Origin: Mobula hypostoma
Lineage: Eukaryota
NCBI RefSeq assembly: GCF_963921235.1
Contig: NC_086108.1
Span: forward strand, 95,606,001-95,670,000
DNA: 64,000 bases
Direction: 5' to 3'
Shown here: piece by piece, positions 50,347 through 61,265 of the stretch
Position numbering within the stretch: the first letter of the stretch is position 1
How the letters are laid out: each line of letters begins with the position of its first letter
Program-made: the position numbers and the translations under genes
Notes under the pieces: model-generated
Databases searched by the model: none
What the model was told of the DNA's origin: nothing
What the model saw: only the letters and a program-made list of their open reading frames with translations

Positions 50347-50789
50347 GTAAGTTAACTAAATACATTTTGTCTACCTTGCGTACTATTGCACCTATTATAG
50401 TATTTGAATGTATGTTTTTTGTGTGGGTTTTAATGTAATATCCCAAGTCAGAAGAGATGTATATCCTTTTATTGTCTTCTTGAAATTGTTAGGTGAGGAA
50501 TTAGGCTTTGGCAGTCAGTATTAAATTTATTATTCTCTGCATATTTGGTTATTGGAGCTGAACTTTCAGTGGTGAGTACAGTTATCAGCTGATGTAGTGC
50601 CGGTAGTCAAAGACAGAATTGTTCCCAATTAACTGCATGAAAAGAAGTGGTCCCAACACCGACCCCCTGTGGAACACCACTAATCACTGGCAGCCAACCA
50701 GGAAAGGATCCTTTTATTCCCACTCGCTGCCTCCTACCAATCAGCCAATATATATAGTTTGTAAGGAGAGAGTAAGATCATTCATTATA

Positions 50790-51892
50790 GGACATAGAAC
50801 ATAGAAAACCTACAGCACAATACAAGCCCTTCAGCCCAGAAAGCTGTGCCGAACACGTCCTTACGTGAGAAATTACCTAGGATTACCCATAGCCCTCTAT
50901 TTTTCTGAGCTCCGTATACCTGTCCAGGAGTCTCTTAAAAGACCCCATCATATCCGCCTCCACCACCGTCAGCAGCAGCCCATTCCATGCTCTCGCCACT
51001 CTCTGTGTATAAAAAAAAAACTTATCCCTGACATCTCTGTACCTACTTCCAAGCACCTTAAAACTGTGCCCTCTCGTGCTAGCCATTCCAGCCCTGGGAA
51101 AAAGCCTCTGACTATCCACACAATCAGTGCCTCTCATCATCTTATACACCTCTATCAGGTCACCTCTCATCCAACGTTGCTCCAAGGAAAAAAGGCCAAG
51201 TTCAGTCAACCTGTTCTCATAAGGCATGCTCCCCAATCCAGGCAACATCCTTGTAAATCTCCTCTGCACCCTTTTTATGGTTTCCACGTCCTTCCTGTAG
51301 TGAGGCAACCAGAACTGGGCATTGTACTCCAAGTGGGGTCTGACTAGGGTCCTATATAGTTGCAACATTACCTCTCAGCTCCTAAACTCAATTCCATGAT
51401 TGATGAAGGCCAATGCACCGTAAGCTTTTTTAACCACAATCAACCTGCGCAGCAGTTTTGAGTGCCCCGTGGACTCAGACCCCAAGATCCCTCTGATCCT
51501 CCACACTGTCAAGAGTCTATATTCTGCCATCATATTTGACCTACCAAAATGAACCATCTCACACTTATCTGGGTTGAACTCCATCTGCCACTTCTCAGCC
51601 CAGTTTTGCATCCTATCAATATCCTGCTGTAACCTCTGATAGCCCTCCACTCTATCCACATCACCTCCAACCTTTGTGTCATCATCAAATTTACTAACCC
51701 ATCCCTCCACTTCTTCATCCAGGTCATTTATAAAAATCACGAAGAGTAGGGGTCCCAGAACAGATCCCTGAGTCACACCACTGGTGACTGACCTCCATGC
51801 AGAATATGACCCGTCTACAACTACTCTTTGCCTTCTGTGGGCAAGCCGGTTTTGGATCCACAAAGCAATGTCCCCTTGGATCCCATGCCTCC
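50790..51892 (-). mobile_element. CR1 LINE 3' portion (same subfamily as 32510-35675)
   Basis: ORFs 51375-51863 (SGVTQGSVLGPLLF...KFDDDTK) and 50883-51368. Confidence 0.93.
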
Positions 51893-52055
51893 CTATTATT
51901 GAAATTGAGTTACTTTGTCAACAGCTTTCATTTTAATGAATGCAATACTGAGGAATTTTGATATTTTGTATATAACTTAAGTGAAATTTGTAGGTAATGA
52001 TAAAACATTTTTAATTTCCTTTTCTGCATTAAATAACTGTTTATTCTTATGACAG

Positions 52056-52086
52056 GACAGAAGAATCTATTTTATCAAAAGGTTTG
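52056..52086 (+). CDS. GLMN: Glomulin exon 10 (31 nt)
   Basis: gacag|G+TEESILSKGL|gtaagt. Human: RTEESVISKGL. Confidence 0.95.
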
Positions 52087-52296
52087 GTAAGTATTATTTA
52101 CATTGCAGCCATACTTACAATGCCTATTTGAAACATGACAAATCTGTACTACTTTTAATACTAACTTCTAATCTGCTCCATCAAATCTAGTTAAGTAACG
52201 ATGAAGCATGTAAAAATCTTACGTGACATGATGTATTTTTATGAAGACTGTATGTAAACAGTGCAAGTCCCTGAATCATTTATTTCTTTTTTTTAG

Positions 52297-52386
52297 GAAT
52301 TGTATGAACATTGCTTATTAACAATTGAAGATGATAATCTTTCTCACAAGTATTTAGATATCAAAAACTTTCTCGGTGTTCCACAG
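52297..52386 (+). CDS. GLMN: Glomulin exon 11 (90 nt)
   Basis: ttttag|ELYEHCLLTIEDDNLSHKYLDIKNFLGVPQ|gtaatt. Confidence 0.96.
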
Positions 52387-52539
52387 GTAATTCACAATAC
52401 ATGTATATAGTTTGTAATTTTTTTCATATTCTTTAATTTACAACAGTGTTTAAATAAACATCTAAAAATTGCATCCTGGATTATTGTATATACCTCTGGC
52501 TAACTTTTAAATTTTTTCCCCTCAAATTTCTGTTTATAG

Positions 52540-52581
52540 GATTTAGTGAAGATAATGACGGTCTGTCCTTTTAAACATATG
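52540..52581 (+). CDS. GLMN: Glomulin exon 12 (42 nt)
   Basis: ttatag|DLVKIMTVCPFKHM|gtatgt. Human: GLVKVMTLCPIETL. Confidence 0.95.
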
Positions 52582-54097
52582 GTATGTATTAATGCCAGTA
52601 TATAAAATTACTATCTGAAGAATATTGCAATATTTTAAGTTAACTCTTCGTTGTGACAACTATATTGATAATGGGGAAATTTCATTTATCCAAATGGTAA
52701 CAATGTGAAGAGGGCAAGTCCTGGGTGGTGGGAATCCTAAATGGTGGCCACACCTTCCTAAGGCACTGCTTCTAAAAGATGTCTTGGATGCTACAGAGGC
52801 TAGTACCTATGACGGAGCTGATCGATTTTTACAAGTTTCTGCAACTTATTTTGATGTTGTGCAGTAGCCCCCCACCCCGTACCAGACGGTGATGCAGCCA
52901 GTGAGAATGCTCTTCACGGTACCATTGTAGAAGTTTTTGAGTGTTTTAGTTGACAAACCAAATCTCCTCAAACTCCTAATGAAATATAGCTGCTGTCTTG
53001 CCTTCTTTATAGCTGCGTCAATATGTTGCGTCCAGGTTATGTCCTCAAAGATATTGACACCCAGGATCTTGAAATTGCTCACTCTCTCCACTTCTGATCC
53101 CTCAATGATGACTGATTTGTGTTCCCTTGTTTTCCTCTTTCTGAAGTCTTCAGTCAGCTCTTTGGTCTTGTTGACGTTGAGTGCCAGGTTGTTGTTGCAA
53201 CATCACTCAACTAACTGGTATATCTCGCTCCTGTACGCCGCTTTGTCACCATCTTCAGTTCCGCCAACAATGGTGGTATCATCAGCAAATTTATAGATGG
53301 CATTTGAGCTACGCCTAGCCACACAGTCATGGGTGTAGAGAGAGTAGAGCAGTGGGCTAAGCACATGTCCCTGTGGTGCGCCAGTGTTGATTGTCAGCGA
53401 GGTGGAGCTATTTTTTTTCAATCCGCACAGACTGTGGTCTCCTGGTCAGTAAGTTGAGAGTCCAGTTGCAGAGGGAGGTACAAAGGGCTAGGTTCTGAGG
53501 CTTTTCGATCAGGACTGTAGGAATTATGGTGTTAAGTGCTGAGCTACAGTCAATAACAGCATCCTGACATATGTATTTGCAGTGACCAAGTGATCCAAAT
53601 CTGCATGTTGAGCCATTGAGATTGCATTTGCTGAAGACCTATTGTGGCAATAGTCAAATTGCAGTGGGTCCAGATCCTTCCTGAGCAGTTGTTGATTCCA
53701 GCCATAACCAATCTTCCAATGCATTTCATCACCGCAGTTGTAAGTGCTATTGGACAACAGTCGTGAGGCAGCTCACGCTTCTCTTCTTAGGCACTGATAT
53801 AATTTGAAGCAGGTGGGAACTTGTGACTGTATCTTCCTGGCATTGAAGTGCAAGGTTGTTGCTGCGACACCACTCAGTGAGAGATTGAAATGTCTTTGAA
53901 TACCCCCGCCATTTGGTTGGCACAGGTTTTCGGAGCCTTACCAGGTACTCCTTGCGAAAGTTCACCCTCTGAGACAGAGGTCACAGGGTCATCGAATGCT
54001 ATAGCAATCCTCATAACTGTGGTTTTATTCTCCTTTTCAGAGTGAGCATAAAGGGCATTGAGCTTAACTGGTAGTGAAGCATCCCTGCTGCTTATGG

Positions 54098-54296
54098 TCA
54101 AGCAACACACACAAAATGCTTGGTGGGACGCAGCAGGCCAGGCAGCATCTATAGGAAGAAGTACAGTCGACGTTTCGGGCCGAGACCCTTCGTCAGGACT
54201 AACTTCTTCCTATAGATGCTGCCTGGCTTGCGGCGTCCCACCAGCATTTTGTGTGTGTTGCTTGAATTTCCAGCATCTGCAGATTTTCTTGTGTCT
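54098..54296. mobile_element. Penelope-derived fold-back element (~65-bp inverted arms) inserted in Rex1
   Basis: tcaagcaacacacacaaaatgc...tataggaagaagt (54098-54162) is the near-perfect reverse complement of acttcttcctata...gcattttgtgtgtgttgcttga (54202-54265). Confidence 0.85.
54165..54200 (-). ncRNA. Minimal type I hammerhead ribozyme motif
   Basis: Minus strand reads AGTC-CTGACGA-A-GGGT(CTCG)GCCC-GAA-ACGT-C-GACT: stem I AGTC/GACT, CUGANGA and GAAA boxes, 4-bp stem II, palindromic ACGT stem III and a GUC cleavage triplet. Confidence 0.75.
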
Positions 54297-56029
54297 GCTG
54301 TTTATGATGTTTGTACATCCGATATTGCCTCTAACCTCTCCCGAAATTGTTTCTTGGGGGCTTGAAATAGCCCTCCTCAAGTCGTACCTGATTTTCTTAT
54401 ACAGACCTGGATCACCAGACCTAAATGCCACAGACCTAGCCCTCAGTAGACTATGATCCTCCTGGTTCATCTACAGCTTGTGGTTTGGGAATGTAGAGTA
54501 AGTTTTCATAGGCACACTCATCCATACAGGTTTTAATGAAGTCGGTGACAACTGTAGCATACTCATCCAGGCTCAAAGCTGACTCCCTGAACACAGTCTA
54601 GTCCACCGATTCAAAGCTTCTGTGCTTCCCTTGTCTATACCTGCTTGCTCTTCACTTTTAGTGCTGCAGTCTTCGGTCTCTGCCTATACTCAGGGAGTAG
54701 AAGTACAGCCAGGTGGTCAAACTTGCCAAAATATGAGCGTGGGATAGCACGGTAGGCACTCTTGATCTTGGTGTAACAGTGGTCCGGTGTGCTATGTCTT
54801 TTGGTACTACAGGTGATTTGTTGATAATTACTTAGTAACTTTATCAGGCTGACTTGGTTAAAATCTTCCCAAATGATGGGGAAGGCATCATGCCTGTTGA
54901 TTACATTGCTCAGTCCCTCTAGAGCCTGTTGACATTGGCCTGAGGTGGAATGTACCCCACTACCATAACGATTGCTGAAATCTCCCACAGCATGTAAAAT
55001 GGCTGACATTTAATTGCAAGATATTCTACTTCTGGTGAGCAATATTGGGATGTCACTGACACATTGGTACGTCATGAGGAGTTGAATATGAGACAAATAC
55101 CTCCACCTGTACTTTTGAGATACTCGACTGACCTATCTTGACGATGTATTGTGAACCCTTGTATCCGAATTGTTGCATCTAGCATGGAAGGGATTAACCA
55201 AGATTCCGTAAAACAGAGGACGCATGCAGTCCTAATGTCCATCTGATACTGTACCCTAGCCCTGAGATCATCACTTTACTTACCAGAGACTACGTTTGCC
55301 AGCAAGATAGTTGGTCTTCAGAGGTAAAAACTGCATTTTAAAAAAATGTACCATCAGACCAGCATGTCTACCCTTCTTTCGCTGGTGGCTTCTTAAAGGG
55401 GCTGTGTGCTGGCCACAATCTGGTCTATTTTCGTCTGTTTTAAGCAGTGATATATCGTTCAGTCGCATTAAAACTTCATCACTGACTGTACACATCATAG
55501 ATGCAGTTATGGTTCTTAGCTGTAGCAGGCCAAAACGAGAATATTTGATGATTTTCAATGAGAGTTGCCGTTTCGGGTCAACCGGGTTGGTGGCCCAGAA
55601 GTGAAGTGATATGAAGTGATTATAATATCAGGTTTAATATAGTTCCAAGAAAAGGAACAATTAACAGTGAAAATATTCAACAAGAGATCCAACTTTAAGT
55701 AAGCTTAAAAAGATATCTGGTCAGTTGGACTGGAATAAAAGGACCAGAATTTTTTTAAAAATGGGCTAATTGGTTAATATTTAAATAAAGAAAATGTGGT
55801 TCAGTAGGATTTCTTGAAGGAAATCAAGTTAGAGTTTCTAGATGTGTAGGTTAATATAAAATAGAGAAGAGAAGGTTATGACAAGTACAGGTTGAATACA
55901 GGAAGTGCATAGAAAATTTAAGACTGAGTAAGTCAGATAAAGAGAGTAGTGCATTTATTCAATGCCAATTTTAAAAAAAATCCCCAAAGTCTTTTATATA
56001 CATCTACTAACAGGAAGAACTAAAACTTC

Positions 56030-56575
56030 TGTCGATGTGTAGTAGAGTGTGTATCGACTGGCTACATCACACAGCCTGGTATGAAAACATCAGTGCCTTT
56101 AAACGGAAATTCCTACGAGGGTGGTGGATTTGGCCCAGTACATCATGTGTAAAGCCCTCCCAACCACTGAGCACATCTACATGAAACACTGTCAGGATTC
56201 CCACCACCCAGGTCATGCTGTCTTCTTGCTGCTGCCATCAAGTAGAAGTTACTAGAACCTCAATCCTCACATCATAATGTTCAAGAACAGTTTTTACTCC
56301 TTAACCATCAGGCTCTGGAATAAAAGGGGATAACTACATTCACTTGCCCCATTACTGAAATGTTACTACTCCAATGATCTTATTTTAAGGACTCTTTATC
56401 TCATGTTTTTGTTATTTATTTATATTTGCATTTGCACAGTTTGTTCTTTTCTGTACTCTGGTTGATCTTTCGTTGACCCTGTTATAGATCTACTGAGTTT
56501 GCCTACAGGAAAATGAATCTCAGGGTTGTATATGATGACATATATGTACTTTGATAATAGTTATTTTGAAGTTAA
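56030..56575 (+). mobile_element. Rex1-type LINE 3' fragment inside an old CR1 remnant
   Basis: DSHHPGHAVFLLLPSSRSY...FKNSFYSLTIRLWN, ending in a gtactttgataat tail. Confidence 0.75.
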
Positions 56576-57114
56576 AAGGGCAATCAAATTTAGGATTAGA
56601 GAAATTAGGGTCCAATGACACAATCTTTTGGAGATTCCTTTTCACTAGAAAAGGAACTGGGTGTTAATAAAGCATTAAAAGTAACAGTGGTATTGGATTG
56701 GATTAAAAATTGATTAAGCACTACATCAGCAATTTGCAGTATTGTAAATCAAAGACATTTTGGGCAGATGGGATGTATCCTAGTTATGGATGGAAATAAG
56801 TGTGGAAATTATGGAAAATCTCTCCATATCTTACAGTCCTCAACTGTTGAAATGGTGCTTGAGGATTGGAGACTGCAAATGTTACATGCCTATTTGCTAT
56901 AAGGATAACTGGCAATTACAGACTAGCCAGCCTAACATTGATAATGGGGATCCATTAGCAATTATATTAATCAACACTTGGGGAAAAAAAAACTAAAAGA
57001 CAAACCAGTACTTTGTTCTTGTTTGGTTACCTCTTTTAAATTCTGTGATGAAATGACAGGCTGCTTTTATAAAATGTAGTGCTTTCTTAACAAAAAACGG
57101 AAACTAGGCTTGTA

Positions 57115-57310
57115 GTCCTCCCGTGAACTTGTGGGTTTCCTCCGGGTGCTCTGGTTTCCTCCCACAGTCTAAAGTCCCACTAGTTAGTAGGTTAATTGGT
57201 TCTTGTAAATTGTCTGTAAATTAGGCTAGGGTTAAATCGGCGAGTTGCTGTGGTGCATCTCAAAAGGGCTGGAAGGGCTTTCTCCATGCTGTATCTCTAA
57301 ATAAATAAAT
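57115..57310 (+). mobile_element. SINE fragment (V-domain-like)
   Basis: gtgggtttcctccgggtgctctggtttcctcccacag core and a (taaa)n tail. Confidence 0.7.
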
Positions 57311-58005
57311 ACTTAGCAGGAATGAGTCATGTCAGCATACTAGGTTATTCTCCTCCCAACTGTGAAAGTTCTTGGCTTTAAAATAAAATAATAACTGATT
57401 CTGACAGATTAAATAAGAAGGACTGTTTCTGGTAAGGGAGAAGACGTAGATTTAGGGTAAAAGAACCAGAGTAACATGAGGAATTTATGTTTTAACACAG
57501 TGGTGTTCAAAGCTTCACTGCCTGGAGGACTGGATACTGATCTAATATGTAAAATCTGGCACCTTTTTTTACTGATACCACGCCAGATTTTGGATTTTCC
57601 TATGGCGTAAATATCAAGATTGTGTAAGCTTATTTTTTATTGTTCCTGTTATCTGTTTCCAAAGTAAGGATGGAAATTTTGAGCCAAGTTTGACTGACCT
57701 GTGGCATAGTAACCCAACCAGTGCAATTCTGAAAACTTTAGTGAACCCTGAAGCCATTACAGCTAGGCAAATTTCCAGAACTGTTTAGTTTTTGGACAGA
57801 TCCTATTTTTTGAACAGCAGGATTTTGGATATTAGGCTTACAGTAATTTTCAAAAGGGAATAGACACTTGAAGGAGTGAAGTGTAGTTGGCCACGGGGAG
57901 CAAATAAGGAATTAAGCTCTTTTAAAGAGTTGACAGAAATAACATGGATTGAATGGTTTTTTTTTGTGATGCTTCATGATTCTTATTGCCTTTTCAATGT
58001 TTTAG

Positions 58006-58079
58006 CGGAAATGGGGCCTGAAGCTATTCCAGCAGAACATTGATAAATTTGACTCAGAAGGAAAACACAAATTATTTCG
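58006..58079 (+). CDS. GLMN: Glomulin exon 13 (74 nt)
   Basis: ttttag|RKWGLKLFQQNIDKFDSEGKHKLF+CG|gtgagt. Confidence 0.96.
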
Positions 58080-58259
58080 GTGAGTATTGTCTAAAAAGGA
58101 TTTATTTTACATGAAACGATTTTGCCTTTGATGTTTGTAGTATATGAAATTCAGGTCACCTACACAAGGTTAGGAGCTACAGAAAAGTACTTAATAGGTC
58201 TGAATAAATCAACACGTAAATTCTAGTTAAAACTTTTCTATCAAATACATGTAATATTT

Positions 58260-58605
58260 ACAGAGTTACACAGTTGGTAAACTGACCCATCAATTCAATC
58301 ATGCCAACCAAGCTGCCTACCTGAGCAAGTCCCATTTTCCTGCATTCGGCCCATATCCTACTAAAGCTTTCCTATCCATGTACCTGCCTAAATGTCCCTT
58401 AAATGTTGTAATTATATTTGCATCCACCACTCCTTCTGACAGCTCATTCTGTATACTTGCAACCATCTGTGTAGGAAGAACTTGCTCCTCTGGTCCCCTA
58501 TACCTCATACCTCAAGTCTTTAACCACTAGTTTTATACTCCTCTGCCCTGGTAAAAAGACTGAAACTGTTCATTTTGTATATGCCCCTCATGATTTTATA
58601 TACCA
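58260..58605 (-). mobile_element. CR1 LINE 3' fragment
   Basis: TQMVASIQNELSEGVVDANIITTFKGHLGRYMDRK remnant. Confidence 0.75.
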
Positions 58606-59320
58606 GTTTATTTTATTTTTGTGAAATTGTATTGGAACAACTCAATTTTTAAACTTGCTCAAAACATTGTGTTAACAAATTAATTTAAACAGGAAAATAT
58701 AGTAACTTTTTTATTGCATATATTACCTTGAAACATTGCTTAAAGAGAGGAAAATGAAATTTACAAGTTCTTTAGACTAGTCAATCTTGAACTTGCATAT
58801 TACTGCATCAGAGGTTTAGTCATGAAGTTGATGAAAAGAAGATCATAATTCCAAAGATAAATGCTAATCTGACGCAGCATTAACCAAGCAGTTTTAATTC
58901 ACCTCTGTTACCTCCCTAAAGGTGTAAGCCTGGGTCTAAGCTATTGGATCCCAATGACTATTTTATGAATGCACTATACCTTTTGTAGGTTTTGCTCCCA
59001 ATTGTTTTAATATTAAAAGTAACTTTTAAGGCATGTATGCTACTAAAACTTGACAGTTGTAGTTCAGGCTTTACATGTTCAGCAGCCTTACTGAACTGCA
59101 GGCTCTACTTGTTCTCTCAAAGGCTCATTACAGTGCTAAGGAAGATCTTGAATTCTGAGATTATTCTAATGTATTGCATGATTATGGGAACCAGATTTGT
59201 TGCTTTTATAGCTACTCTAGAATGTGTGCAAGGTTCTGGAAGAAATAAATGTGGGGATTTATGTTTGTAGGACTGGAACTGTTAGCTAGTTATTATATTT
59301 ATACAGGCTTTATTTTTAAG

Positions 59321-59405
59321 GTGTTTATTGAAGACAACCGACCATGCTGGAGTACAAGGTTATATTATACAAAATGTTAAAAACCAGATTGATCTAGCCT
59401 TGAAG
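59321..59405 (+). CDS. GLMN: Glomulin exon 14 (85 nt)
   Basis: tttaag|G+CLLKTTDHAGVQGYIIQNVKNQIDLALK|gtaagc. Human: CLLNTSNHSGVEAFIIQNIKNQIDMSLK. Confidence 0.97.
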
Positions 59406-60267
59406 GTAAGCCCATTCTTAGGTTTATAATTTTCAGTGTAAGAATAGGTTTATAACAGTGTTTCTTCTTTTAAGCAATTAAAATATCCTGCTTCATTTTT
59501 ATAGACATAATGAGCAAAACCCGGGACTGTCATTTTGGTTAGATATTGCAGATCATTTGCCATTTCTTATTTATGAGATACGTCAAAGAACTTACTTGGA
59601 TGTGTGGTGCAAGCATTGACCATGCATCTAAATAAAGAAAATAACTTGTTTGTATTTTATCTAAAATGTACTTCTCTTGCCATATTGTTTGTTTCATAAA
59701 GGCTTACCTTGTATTTTTATGGAATATGGGTGACACTGGTAAGGGCAGAAATCACAGCTCATCCCCACTTCCCTTAAGGAGGTGATGATGAGCTGCCTTT
59801 TTGAACTACAGCTTCTCTTCTAGTGTAGGTATTTCCTCATTATTATTGCATAGATTTTCCAAGGATTATTCAAGTCTGTGAGTTGAAAGGTAACTTGTAG
59901 GTAGTGATGTTTAGTCCCCATATATATTTTTATTAAAAAATACTCTTGTATCATCTTAAACCATGAGTAAATGTTTAAAATGATTTTTGTCATTCAGAGA
60001 AATTACCCATGGAATTGCATCATTATAGGATTGCACCTTCTAAAGCTGCCTGCCTTGTAGTCATCCAGCATAATGGCAACTACTGTTTAAGCAATCACTT
60101 AGCTTTTAAATTCAAGATGAAATGTGCTAGCTGGCATTCATACTTTTCAATCGATAGTTATGCCAATGCTATAGTAGATCCTAATTTTTTTTGCTCTTTC
60201 CCCAACTTTCATTGTAAGAGATCTAAGATCTGCTCTTCAATAAATATGACTTTTTTTTTGTTTCCAG

Positions 60268-60377
60268 ACCAGTAATGGGAATGGGTGGTTCTCAGGCCCA
60301 CAATTGATCCCACTTCTTCATTTAATCCTTTCACTTCCTGAAAGAGAAGAAACAGACTTAATTCAGAACGCAGACCG
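60268..60377 (+). CDS. GLMN: Glomulin exon 15 (110 nt); gene continues beyond the window
   Basis: ttccag|TSNGNGWFSGPQLIPLLHLILSLPEREETDLIQNAD+CG|gtaagt. Human: WFTGPQLISLLDLVLFLPEGAETDLLQNSDR. Confidence 0.96.
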
Positions 60378-60479
60378 GTAAGTTTTACTACTTTCACTTT
60401 CAGAGAATGACTTTCTAGCCAAGCAGTAGTCAGTACTGTGTGCTTTACTGGGACAGAGGGGTAGAAACTTTTTTCAGAG

Positions 60480-60665
60480 CACATCGAATAAGTTTGTGAA
60501 CCTTTTGCAATTACCTGGTTTTCTGCATTAATTACTCATAAAATGCGGTCTGATCTTCATCCAAGTTATAATAATAGACAAACACAATCTGCCTAAACTA
60601 ATAACACACAAACAATTGTACTACTTCTCATCAATGTTGAGTACACCGTTTCAACAATCACAGCA
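60480..60665 (+). mobile_element. Tc1-like DNA transposon terminal fragment
   Basis: aataagtttgtgaaccttttgcaattacctggttttctgcatt...tctgatcttcatc resembles the ends of fish and amphibian Tc1 elements. Confidence 0.5.
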
Positions 60666-60804
60666 TAGGTTCCAGAGAGTACAGACCCAAGGCTGCCAAA
60701 CGCTCCTCATACATTAACCCCTTCGTTCCCAGATTCATCCTCGTGAATCTCCTCTGGACTCTCTCCAATGACAACACATCCTTTCTGAGATATGAAGCCC
60801 AAAA

Positions 60805-61265
60805 TAGCAGAGCCGGATAGCATCCCAGGGTGGGTCTGTAAAGTGTGTGTGGAACAGCTGACTGGTGTGTTTATGGACATTATAAGCAAATGCTTTGAGA
60901 GGCTGGTTAAAGACGACATCTGCAGCATGCTACCACCCACACTGGACCCCCTACAACTCGCCTACTAATGGAACCAGTCCACCGATGATGCCATTCCCAC
61001 AGCACTACGCATCATTGTCAATCACCTGGAGGAAAAGGATGCATACATTAGAATGCTGTTCCTGGACTACAGTTCAGCATTCAACACCGTAATTCCCTCC
61101 AGACCTGACAGGAAGCTCAGAGACCTTGTCCTGCACTCTGCCTTGTGCAACTGGATTGTGGACTCCCTATGAGATTGCCAGCAGGTGGCAAAGATGGGCT
61201 CCCTCACCTTTGCCCCTCTGACTCTCAACACAGGTGCCCCCCCAGGGTTGTGTCCTGAGTCCCCT
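60805..61265 (+). mobile_element. Rex1-type RT fragment
   Basis: AEPDSIPGWVCKVCVEQL, KCFERLVK, LDPLQLAY, RMLFLDYSSAFNT, NTGAPQG. Confidence 0.85.

Larger units (their letters stand above)
52685..55605 (-). mobile_element. Near full-length Rex1/Babar-type LINE (endonuclease and RT), degenerate
   Basis: RKKGRHAGL N-terminus; endonuclease DFNQ...DHCYT...GKFDHLAVLL; RT TGAPQGHVLSPLLYSLYTHDC, KFADDTT and FKILGVNI. Confidence 0.9.
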
